Below, piece by piece: positions 1-11,330 of a DNA stretch of 64,000 nucleotides. Every line of letters begins with the position of its first letter. The stretch's first letter is position 1. Source of the stretch: the human T2T-CHM13v2.0 reference genome, Homo sapiens; the NCBI RefSeq assembly GCF_009914755.1, contig NC_060935.1; one strand, 5' to 3'. A model generated the notes under the pieces. The model saw only the letters and a list, made by a program, of their open reading frames with translations, ran no database searches and was not told the origin of the DNA. The translations under genes were made by a program, and so were the position numbers.

Positions 1-149
1 TTCATTATATCAACCTTCATTTCTGTGTTGTTATAATAGGGCTCATGAGTGTCTATGTGCAGAATACCAAGATTTACAGATTGAAATAAAAATTAAAGGC
101 AAGAAAAAAAAAAGAGTCTACTGTTCTTTTAAAAGCCTGGAAATTAGCT

Positions 150-250
150 CATATTCACCACTAGCTAACTAAGGAAATCTAGTCAAGGATCTCCACCTCT
201 GAAGACTCAGTTTCCCCATCTGTAAATTGAGATACTAGACCATGTGATAC
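150..250 (+). mobile_element. MIR SINE fragment
   Basis: MIR core-like ctcagtttccccatctgtaaa at ~206-227; boundaries approximate. Confidence 0.5.
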
Positions 251-1488
251 TAGCCCCAAAGGGAGCTGTCTCTAAAATTTTGTCATTCTCTTATTCTGTA
301 TGGGATGGCAACCAACCATTCAATTGGTATCATTTGCAAGGGTGGTGGGGAAAAGCATAAGTTGTTGCCAATCGGGAGGTGCTCATTTGCATAATGACTG
401 ATTCCCTAATTAGCCAGAAAGACTTCCAGTGTCGCCATGTAGGAGCACACCAGAGTTCCTGCTGTGACGTTACTTAGTTGAGCTCTCCGATTTGGCTATT
501 AAGACTCTCAAAGTACTAGCCAGCCACTAAATGACTTTTCGATAAAGCTGCCCAGGCAATTAAGAGCATTAGCATAAAGGAATCTTTCTCAATTAGCTAT
601 TTTTAGAGTGGGCTGGAAATGCTATCTTGCAGCTTTTTAGAAATTTTTATAACAGTATTATGTTTGTTGTATTACCAGTGTCACATGTGTATTTTTCATT
701 CTATTTTTGTTCTGCATCAAGTAATTTGTAGTAGTACTATTTTGAGGGGTAGTTATTTGCCAACCATTTGAAGAGAAGTCAAATGAATTTCTGATAAAGG
801 CAGCCCTCGTTAATTCCAATCGGAGCATGGGACAGCCCAGGGTATGGCTTGTATACCTATGTCAGCCAGTCATCTCATCAGACATCTTGATTTGCCTTGA
901 TCAAAGAAGCAATTTGTGAGACATTCCCTCCCCTCTCCCCACCAAAGTGCTAATCACCTTTTCAAGGTAGAAGATAGATGGGAAACACCGCACAAATTGC
1001 TTGCCATTGCCCCAAAATGCTAATCACTTACGAACATCTAAATTATGACTGGAGACCTTGCATGATAAGGTAAGGAAACAGTGTCAGTGCATACAGAACT
1101 ATTATTTACCAGTGTCAAAAATAACTATCGCATTTGCATAGCTGTGGCGCTAGATGACAATTTCTCCCTCAAAACTGCTTCCGTAGCAGAAAAAGCTTTG
1201 ACCGATATGAAGTGTGGCATACTGTTATTTTTTTAACCCTTACAAAATGGAATGAGACCTCTTGGAATTAGATGTTAGAGCACTGATTTGGGAAACAGGA
1301 GCTACCCAAGAAAAACAATTTAAAATGCTTTCTTTGATTATATTTCCTTTGGGTGCATTGGTTGCTGTCTTGTGTAAGCCAACGGTCTCCAGAGTGGGTC
1401 ATGTACACCCCAGGGAGTCATTTGACCCTTCTGCATACAGGAAGAAACTATTTTATTTCTTAATGCTATAATGTCTACTTTGTGGGTA

Positions 1489-1792
1489 TTTTTGTTGTAT
1501 TGTTTGAGACGAAGTCTTGCTCTGTCACCCAGGCTGGAGTGCAGCGGCTCATGGTGCGATCTCGGCTTGCTGCAACCTCCACCTCCTAGGTTCAAATGAT
1601 TCTCCTGCCTCAGCCTCCGGAGTAGCTGGGATTACAGGCACCCGCCACCATGCCTGGCTAATCTTTGTATTTTTAGTTGAGATAGGGTTTCACCATATTG
1701 GCCAGGTTGGTCTCGAACTCCTGACCTTGTGATCTGCCTGCCTTAGCCTCCCAAAGTGCTGGGATTACAGGCATAAGCCACTGTACCCGGCC
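1489..1792 (-). mobile_element. AluS (Sg-like) full-length SINE
   Basis: Antisense Alu from gagacgaagtcttgctctgtcacccaggctggagtgcag to ctcccaaagtgctgggattacaggc...cccggcc; degenerate TSD tgggtat(t/g)tttt on both sides. Confidence 0.97.
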
Positions 1793-2454
1793 ATGGGTAT
1801 GTTTTTTAATGCATGTCATATATTAGAACCAGAGCACGTGTATAGAATTTACAGAGAAATGCATATATTCTGGAGGTATGCTCATAGTTTTTACTGATGG
1901 ATGTTAGTGATAAAGGAAAAATCTGTGGAGATCATTAGACAACACGTAGCATCGTGCTGGCCAGGAAGATGGCCTGCTTCTAAGGAGAAGTTTCTAGAGG
2001 GACAAGCTCATTAGCTGTAGCTACAATTATATTGTTAGAGAAGGTATTTCCATGACATAAAGAAGCCTGCTTATGAGCACTAGACATAAGTATATCTAAC
2101 ATCTTGCACCCATTTCTATTCAGACAATAATGAAATTTACTTTCCTACAGTTATAAATATAGTCTCTCAAAGTGAAGAATCACAGATTGAATTCTTTTTG
2201 GGGTAGGAAAATGCATCTAGAATAAGAGACACGTCAGAGAGGAAGGGCCAAGATGAAGAAGTAGCAGGAAATAAAACTAGTTTAACAAGCCTGAGTACCT
2301 AGGCTTCCTATATTAACACAGACATCCCATGCCAACCCCAGCGCAACCCCAGGACTCCCTACACAGACAGAAAGACCTCTGAGATTGCCCAGGCAACTGG
2401 TTTTGATCTAGCACAGTTTTCTTCTTATCCCCACTGGCCCTGTCCTCTTGTCTC

Positions 2455-2520
2455 TCATTCATTCAATCACAAATATTTATTGGGTGTTTAGGATGTGCCA
2501 GACATAGTTCTGGCAATCTT
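2455..2520 (-). mobile_element. L2 LINE 3' end fragment
   Basis: cattcattcaatcacaaatatttattg...tgtgccag, reverse complement of the L2 3' terminus. Confidence 0.55.
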
Positions 2521-3034
2521 GAGATTTTTCTTTCCTTCCTCCTGTCTGTCTGGGGGTCACCCATAGGTCTCCACGCAGGAATTTCGAGAGGCTGCAAACT
2601 CATGATTCCTATTTATTGTTCATTGCTGCCCTACTGAGATACCTAGATCATCAAATATGTTTCAAACAGAGCTCTAGCAGTGGGAGTAGAGATGAGAACT
2701 CATAGAGAGAGGAGCCTTCTATGCTCAGCCTAACTGCTGTCTCACTTCAGAATGTTTCACCTAGTTGGTCTTTTCAGTTCGCATTTCTGGGAACATCAAC
2801 AAATACCCCATTCATTTCTGAGAAGCTGCTTCATGGTCAATCTTGAGCTTATTGCTGGAGAGATCCAAAGAAACACCGAAGAAGAGTCAGTCCCTGTTCT
2901 CATTGAGCTTGCACAAGAGTTGGAGGAATTAAATACACACCTAAGACTATACAGAAGCACCATCACAGAGCAGGACATGGGTAAGTGGGAGAGCTCTGTT
3001 CAGGATCTATTCAGGATCTGCAGGAGTTGAGAGG

Positions 3035-3275
3035 CTGTTGTGATATACTGGAAGCAGTCTAGACCTTGAAGTCAGACCATTATGATTCCAGTCTCAGCTC
3101 CATCATTTATCAGCTATGTGGCCTTGGGCAAACCACTTCTCTCTCTGAGTCTCAGTTTGCTTATCAACAGAATGGGAATAATAATACCTATTGATAGGAT
3201 TGTTTTAAGGATTCTGTGAAACAGCCGATGTGGAAAAACACTTTATAGGCTGGAAAGTTGCAATGCACATTTTAG
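3035..3275 (+). mobile_element. MIR SINE, near full length
   Basis: agctatgtggccttgggcaaaccacttctctctctgagtctcagtttgcttatc...aatgggaataataatacct MIR core and 3' part. Confidence 0.85.
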
Positions 3276-4261
3276 GAATTACCATTAATGGAGGGTAATC
3301 TCTCTGGTCTGGAGTGGTTAGAGAAGGCTTTATTCTGTTATCCACTGACACCCTCCAGGACAGATACCGTTAAACATAAATGAAAGAGGGAAGATGAAGC
3401 CCAGTTGCTCTATGCATTCTTTACTGCTGGACCATGGAGGATATATGGAATGGGTGTGGAGGTGGCTCACTTCCTCCTGCCTGCTTCTTCTGAAGAATCT
3501 ACTAGGGCTTGGAATACCTGTCTTGATCATTCTGAGAAGAATGGAAACACTGGGAAGATATGGTGTTGGCAGGGACTCGGGACCCTGCAAGACCCAGTGG
3601 GAAAGGAAAGGTGGTCAGGTTGTCAGGCCCCTGCACTCTGCCCAGGCAAAGATATTCACAAACCTCCCTGGGGGCTCACCAGAGGGGACTGTGATGAGTT
3701 GGCTTCTCAGGAGTTTCCTACTCGCTGGGGCCTGTGAGGCACAGCAACTTGCCTGCTTGTCCCCAGCAAAGGGCAGTGTCCAGAGTCCATTCTTCCTGCC
3801 TCATCACTGAGGAGGAGCAAGACAACCCCAGTCCCAGCCCTGCTCCTTTCTCTTTCAAGGCATGGTTAACAGTTGACAGTGCAATGTAAATGCTGGGAAG
3901 TGTCAAGATTAGTAAACAGGAAGAGGATTTGGAAGCTAAATGCATGCCTAACTCAAAGGACAGATTATATGGTTACACTGTTATTACTTTGAGACATAGT
4001 TACTCTTTCTTCTAAGGAATCTTGTAGAAATGTGATTATGGTGTAGTTTGTGTATATCACCAGATCTTATGAAGTAGACCAGTGGGCCCCACTCAGCCCC
4101 TGGGGGCTAGAGAAGAGTTATGAGCTGCACTAGTTTGTCTTGGTTTTATCTTCATTCCTATGAACTCTCTTGGGAAGAAGTCTCCCTAGGAAGCTGCTCC
4201 CCGCTTTCAATCTCATTTTCTGATATCTAGTTGTGAATTTCCTATAATTAAATATAGTTTG

Positions 4262-4535
4262 GGCTGGGTGAGGTGGCTCAAGCCTGTAATCCCAACACTT
4301 TGGGAGGCCGAGAGGGGCAGATCACCTGAGGTCAGGAGTTGAAGACTAGCCTGGCCAACATGGTGAAACCCTATCTCTACTAAAAATACAAAAGTTAGCT
4401 GGGGATGGTGGTGTGCAACTGGCTACCACCAGTTGCATGTTGAGGCATGAGAATCACGGAACCCTGGAGGCAGAGGTTGCAGTGAGCTGAGGTCACAGCA
4501 TTGCACTCCAGCTTGGGTGACAGAGTGAGACTGTC

Positions 4536-4570
<35 letters not shown>

Positions 4571-4591
4571 ACAAACAAACAAATAAATAAA
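4262..4591 (+). mobile_element. AluS (Sx/Sz-like) SINE with (AAAT)n(AAAC)n tail
   Basis: ggctgggtgaggtggctcaagcctgtaatcccaacactttgggaggc...gatcacctgaggtcaggagtt; microsatellite tail; degenerate TSD (aaatatagtttgg / aataaaagtctgg). Confidence 0.97.
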
Positions 4592-5504
4592 GTCTGGTCT
4601 CCTGGTTGTTCACCTTGGCTTACTCATCTTTCCTTTTGCAGATGCCCTGGTGAGTGCTGTTCTGAGGCAAGACCAGTTGACTACAAAACCAGGTCAGGTT
4701 AGGTACCCAAGGCAGATGTGCAACATTTATTAGAACTAGTGCCAACTGAGACAAAAATTCCTAGCTGTTCTTTAAAATGCATTCTTCTACTCTTCTTTAG
4801 CTACTGTTAAATATTAGTAGAAAATAAGACTGCTCAGAAAAGGCACTTCATTCCCCAGCCTCCCTTGCCGCTATGTGATCAAGTCTTGGGCAATGGGAGG
4901 TGAGCAGAAGGGCTGTGTAAAACTTCCAGATGAAGCCTTTCCCATCTGTTTCTCACCTCCCCGTTGACCAGAATCTGGTCACAGCAGTGGGAGCTGGAGC
5001 AACCCTTGTGGACTCAGAAATGGAAATCAGGCTCTTCTGTGTACCTCCTGATGCTAGTGACAGAGCAATAAGGTCTTTTCTGGTTTCAATGTTGTTAAGT
5101 TGAGCCTTTGTCACATGGCCCTCAATGGAGACCTTTGCTCTGGAGATCTTCAGTGGAATACCTGAGAGCGTAGACTCATGTCACAGTCTCTTTCGTCAAC
5201 CTGCTTGGCAGGCTATCTGTGGCTTAATGCCAAGTGGGGTCTCGAGCAAAACTCTATTGAATTTGGGACCATCTTTTGCAATAGCGTCTGCAACTCACGA
5301 TTGACCCCAAATTTCTCCTTTGTTTCATTTCCCTTTGGTTGTGGCTGACAGCTGTGGGGCTGCACTCTCAGAGGCCACCCATCCTCAGGGATCCTGGGAT
5401 TCAACTTTGAGAGCATAACTAGGTAGGTAGAGAGGGGCTATGCCCAGGAGTATTGCCCCAACTTCCAAACACATTCCTATCCTCGTCTGGCATTGAGAGA
5501 AGAG

Positions 5505-5650
5505 TGCAGGACTGGGTTTGAGAGCAGATTCTGGCTCTGTTGTCAGCAAGCTGTGTGATCTTGAACAACTCCTCTTCTCCCTGAGCAAAATGAGGGGGCT
5601 AGATGAGACGATTTCTGGAACATCTCCCAATGTCGGCGTTCTGTGATGTG
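5505..5650 (+). mobile_element. MIR (MIR3-like) fragment
   Basis: ctggctctgtt...agctgtgtgatcttgaacaa...aaaatgagggggctagatgagacgatttct. Confidence 0.55.
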
Positions 5651-6014
5651 ACAATTCCATGACCAGCCTCATGGCTGAGGTGCCACTTTCGATACATAAA
5701 ACAAGAGTCCACATCTGTGCCAAGGGCTGGGCAGGGCAGTGCTCCTCACTTCCTCCATCTGCTCAGCACCCAACAGTGCTCTGATGCAGGGGGAGAAGAG
5801 CAGGGAGAGGGCATGAGGATGCAGTGGGTGGGAGGTGTTAAAAAGGGGACTGATGGTGGGGTCCTTCTTTTGAGAATTCTAGTCTCTCTGGGGCCACATG
5901 ACACCCGAACACACAGAATCTGTGGGAACAAGTTACCCAAGAAATGTGCCCAGGCTGAGGGACCAAGGCCCAGCGAGAGTAGGTGGTAGGTAGGCAATGG
6001 CCAGTGGGGCCAGC

Positions 6015-6190
6015 GCGGGTTTGAAATCTATCTTCCCCATACTTGCTGCATGACCTTCAATGAGTTCCCACGCTTTTGAGCCTTTGTTTTCTCACTTGTG
6101 AAATGGGGACAATAGAAACACCCCTCTCAAACGTAGGGAAAGCTTGTCCACAAAGCACTTGACACACAGTAGGCACTGAGTAAATTCTAG
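6015..6190 (+). mobile_element. MIR SINE fragment
   Basis: gagcctttgttttctcacttgtgaaatggggacaatag...acacagtaggcactgagtaaat. Confidence 0.7.
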
Positions 6191-9100
6191 CTTCCCTGGT
6201 GTCCCCTCTCCTTTCCTACTTTGAAAACAGCAGTCTGTCTCATTAAGTATCCTACTTAGTTTTCAGTTGACATTCCCACTCTCTTACCTTCTGCCCCCTG
6301 AATTTTTCCTCTCTTTTCCTGTATCTTTTTTCCCCCACAACTCTGCATTCCCCTCCCCATCCACAGCATAGTTCTCCCATCATTCCTTCTTTGTAGAGGG
6401 CAAGGAAAGGTGGGTTATACAGATGCCCAGTGATATTTCAGAAGCTCTAATTAAGTGGAAGATTATGCATGCCATTTGAGTTTTAAAAGACATTCAGATC
6501 AGAATGAATGAAATGCTAACTTTTCCCCTGTCTAACCCACTCACCCACATACCCTGGGGCAAAATGAAACATAACTCAGTTTTTCCTGGAAAGGCATCAG
6601 ACAGCAGGTCGCTCTGGTCAATGGGCCCACGGCAGCACCCACTGTCTTGGCAAATGTCCATTCTGTCAGGCGCCCTGCCTCTTGCCACCTCTTTCTTAGC
6701 TAGATACAGATGGAAAAAAAAAATGACAGCATTGGGCTGACACCTGCATCGAATGGAAGCTACACATTTCTGTCCTAGAGATAGGTGGCAGTGTGGATTC
6801 AGGGCTGTGTGGTTCAAGATCAACTTCGCAGAGAAACACCGTTTCCAGAAGCAGTGAGGATCTTTCATCATATGCGCCTCTGATGCTCAACAACCTTCTT
6901 TGCTGCACCCGCCGCTGCCTCATGAGGTTCCTGGCAGCTCTTACTGCGCCAGTAACAACTGGATCTCAATCCCCAAAACAATTCCCTGCTCATTCTATGA
7001 GTTACAGTTTAGTTAATCTTTGGTTAGCACATGCACACGTGGGCACGTGCAAACTCTCTCAGTGTAGGCTCTGAATGCTGCTTTTATGTTATTGCACACA
7101 TGAGTGGAACATACTATCCAGCTTCTTAGGGCCTGTGCTGTAAGCCTCCGGGGCCATATAAACGCGGCTATTTTCACAGTCCAACTTCAGAACTCAGAGG
7201 GGCAGCTCTCCTTTGGACTAGGCCTTTGGCAGGAGTCCTCTACTCTCGGCCTGGATCCTCTTCAATGAACCACCTATGTGTCACTTATGTCAATATCTCA
7301 GCTCTGGTTTTTCAAGTGCAAGGGTTATTTGCTATATTTTGGAAACTTTTGAGGGTACAAATAGTATACAGGTCAAAAAGTAAAAGGTATCAGCTTAGAG
7401 AATACAAAGCAGGCAATCATGACATTCCTAGAGATGGACAGGAGACCATTTACTGGAGATCAGAGAGTAACAAAGAGTTTCTGGAATCTTCAAGCCATCT
7501 ATGGTTGCAGAATGGTAACTGAGAAGCCCCTGATGGTCACCAAATACCCTGGCCCAACTATACCCCGTGGCTCTGCCAGTTCTTTCCATTGACTAAATAT
7601 CAGTTTCCTCATCTGTAAAATACAGACCATGACAATGAGCAACCTTCTTAGGTGGAAATAAGATGAATCTTGTCAAAATTGTCTTCAAGCTTATCTACAC
7701 ATGAGAGTCAAACCCTCACCCCAACACCACAAAGCTAAGCCTCTGAGGTGTGTGTGCGGGGAGAAATCTAAAACGAAACCAGCAACCCACTGCCATGCCT
7801 GCTCAACCAACCCTCCCAGAGCATACGGCTTTTACTCTTCCTTATTACAGGTGTTCATAATGCTTTATCTCAACGGGTCTGTGTCTCCTGCATTTAGCTG
7901 TGGAATAAACAATGTTCTGATAATTGCTGGGTCACCATTATTTACTACTACAGTTATTTTTATTTAAGAAAGCCCCTTTCCTTCGGGCTCCAGTAAGAAG
8001 GCAATACTATAATTTTCTTCACTGTCTCCCTTTAATGAGGTCGAAGGCCAGGCAAAGGGAGTCAGGCAGTTTTCGGGGAAGCAACCCCGCAACAAAGCTG
8101 ACCTCAGCCAGGAGAGTCCAACATAACTCACTCCTCAGGCAGATTAATTGTTCCTGGCTCCTGCAGCCTAGCTGAAAAGTGAAGAAATGATGACACCAGG
8201 CACTCTAACTAGGTTCAAGCTCACCATTTCTTTTTCTAGTTAAATCCTTCCCCCCAACTCCCAATTTGCTACCTGGGCAAGGAAGCCCCTCCCTTCCCCC
8301 CATAATCAAGTGCTCTACAATTTCCACTGTAACTTTATGTTACAGAATCCATCATCAGCTACCTGAGCTTGGGCATGCTGGGAGAATGATCTTAGCTGAG
8401 CAAATTCACCTCCTTGCTTTGCCGTTTACTTCCAAATTCCCATAACTCACTGCTTTTGCCAGCCCTCCTGGGATGGTATCTAGTATCGTTTCATCGCTAA
8501 TGTTGTGAGTGAGCTAGAACAATCATCTCTTAGGATGCCCACACTAACTGGAGTCTCTACCTCTCTCCTCCTCCCCTCTCTTCTCCTTGTCTTCCTGGCC
8601 CTCAGTTGGCTGAGAACAGTAGGAGCCCATAACAGACAGCATGTCATCCATTCCTGACAGCCTTGGTGCTATAATATGGTCCTGCCAAACCCATTACAGT
8701 AATGACAGTGTTGCAGAATTAGAACACTCACTCCTACGCGGAGAAGAAAAAACTTGGGGAGAGAGGGGTAGAGTTAGAATCTTCTGCTATTTTGCTTTTT
8801 CTCTCTTTTCTCCTCCCTAGGTATGGCATTGTCCCTTTTCTTTCTCTTTTATTCTATTAAAAAGGTAAGTGAGCACACAACCGCGTGTTGCTAACTCGGC
8901 AAACAGGTTTCCAGGGCAGGTGGTGGTATCTTCTGGGTCTTGGGGAACCATCCAAAAGAGATTATTGTGCCTCATGGTGGCGCCAGTAGTATCATTCCAT
9001 TACCATTTCCTCAAATGGGGAGTGTACACACGGAAGTTCTTTTCTGGGGCTTTGATAATCTCAATAGGCACTTACAGAATTGACTTTTCTGCCTTGGCCT

Positions 9101-10476
9101 GGGGGAGGCGGGTGTTGTAAAACTTAATGATCATCTTTCTGACTGGGGATCATAAAGTGCTGTTGATAATTGTGATAGTTAAAGTGATTTGCTTACAGTA
9201 ATTAGTTCCTAGGGCTCCCTTGTGGAGGTAAGAGAAAGAGATTGCTCTGTCTTGCATAGGGGCAAAGTGAGGCACAGAGGGCTGGGGTCTATTACAAAGA
9301 GCTAGTCATGTTTGACCACAAGAGCCTGGTCTAGACACATAGATTAGAGACTCTGCATTGAGGAGGGGGTACTTGGTGGCTCTTTGTGGGTAAGAGGGCA
9401 TTCAACATGAGAGGTACAGGGCTGATTTAATGTGACAAAGAGATATGCCTGGCCCAGAGGGCCCCAGAGCTCCTTCTGAGTGTGAAAGCATATCAGTGCA
9501 AAGACTGGGAGACAAAAGGACCAGTAGTTTACACTAATACACAAGAAGAGAGCAAGCCTGGGAATCAGCCTCCAACCCAGTGCTTTTCCTACCTGACATC
9601 CCGCCCAAGGGTCAGAGGAGCTCTTGGAAAGGCGGAGGGTGTTTTCTACCAAATCTGACAGGAGGGAGCTGGTAGCATGCTTGGGACAAGAGGCAGAACT
9701 CATGTCAGTGGTGATCAAGCTATAGAAACCTGAGGGAGACCCCCACCCTGAGCTCTTGCCTCAGTTGTGGCTGAGTCAGCTTCTGGGACAGACACTCCCA
9801 GGGACTCCTAAAGCTGGGAATGTAGACAACTAATTCCAGGGCAGCAGGGAACAGCGGAAAGAGCCCTGAGTGTTAGTTTTGAACCCTGGCCCTGTTGCTT
9901 GTTGGCTGTGTATAATGATATACACTGTGTATAACGACATACACTGTATAGACCACTGTAGGGACCAAATATGTGAAGCACCTTGCCCAGGGTTCAGGTC
10001 ATTGTAGTGCTGATACATGTTAGTTTCCTTCCTTTTACTCTTTTAAGGAATCCCCTCAGACATTAAATCAGTCAGCGGATATCTATTGAGAATGTACGTA
10101 TGTTCAGCCTGATGCTAGAGACGGCTGAAAGGGGAAACTTGCCATAAGAACCCAGCAAAATAATGGACATTGAAACACTGCATAGAATTCGCTGCAAGAA
10201 TTTGTTAATGCTATGTGGCTGACAATTTGATTGGTGAGATAAGGTTCAGGCATAAGAAATTGTCAGAAGCCAGTGCAAGGCAAGAGATAATCAAATGCTA
10301 AATTGTCTGGTAGGAATGACAATTTCTCTAATGTCCCCATCAGCTACCATAGGGTGAAGTCCAAATAATCTTCATGACATCCAAAGCCCTGTGTTCTGCT
10401 TCTGAAATGTCTCTCCATCCTCAAAATTTTATGATTCCTCTTATCAGCCATTTCTGGCAACTGTCATTCATTATTT

Positions 10477-10715
10477 CATCCATCTGTCCATCCATCTGTC
10501 TATCCATCTATCCATCCATCCATCCATCCATCCATCCATCCATCCAATCCATCCATCCATCCATCCATCCATCCATCCATCCATCCATCCATCCATTCAA
10601 TCTGTCCATCTGTCCATCCATACATGCATCCACCCATCCATCCATCCATTCATCCATCCATCCATCCATCCATCCAATCTGTCCATCTGTCCATCCATAC
10701 TGCATCCATCCATCC
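10477..10715. repeat. (TCCA)n/(CCAT)n simple repeat
   Basis: Directly visible, interrupted by ctgt/ca variants; explains the HPSI- and MDGW-repeat ORFs. Confidence 0.95.
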
Positions 10716-11330
10716 ACTTATCCCACAAATACTGAGTGCTCATTGTATGCAGGCACTGCATGTCCCAGGTCTGGAAATGCCTATGAATCAGTCAGGCAGG
10801 CCAAGGATCTTATGAACTTGGTTTATGAGATCCTTGGTTTAGTGTGTGTTGAAGAGACAGACAATAAAAAGACTAGACATACACAAGACAGATTCCAACA
10901 GTCAGAAGTGCAAGGAAGAAAGAAAAACAGGGGCATGAGCTAGACAGGGACTGGAGGTGGGTTGGAGGACTACTTTGGATGGGGTAGTCAGGATGGACTC
11001 TTGGAGGATGTGACCTTTGGGCTAAGACCTGCACAGGAGAGCCCATCCCTCAAAATGAGAAAGAGAGTTCCAAGCAGCTGGAAGAGCAAGTGCAAAGGTC
11101 CTAAGGTGAGAATGACCCAGGTGCCTTCAGGAATAGAAGGAAGGTCACTGTGGCTAAGCTTGATGGTCCTGGGGAAAGGAGGTATGGCAGGATGTCTGAG
11201 CAGTCGGCGGAGACCAGACATAGAGCTCCATGGAGCACGAGAGCCATGGCAAGAAGGCGATGTTGCTTCCCACATGCGTGGGAGCCGGTGAAGTGTTGTA
11301 AGCAGAGAAGTAACATGATCTGCTTTGTGT
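10715..11330 (-). mobile_element. L2 (L2a-like) LINE 3' region
   Basis: caaatactgagtgctcattgtatgcaggcactg...ggaggatgtgacctttgggctaagacctg...gcaagtgcaaaggtcctaaggtg...taagcagagaagtaacatgatc typical antisense L2. Confidence 0.8.

Noticed and set aside
1517-1732. ORFs resembling hypothetical proteins (also 13224, 54806, 58753)
   Set aside because: Alu-derived translations
10374-10943. 189-aa ORF with HPSI repeats and antisense MDGW ORF
   Set aside because: Product of the (TCCA)n repeat plus L2 sequence
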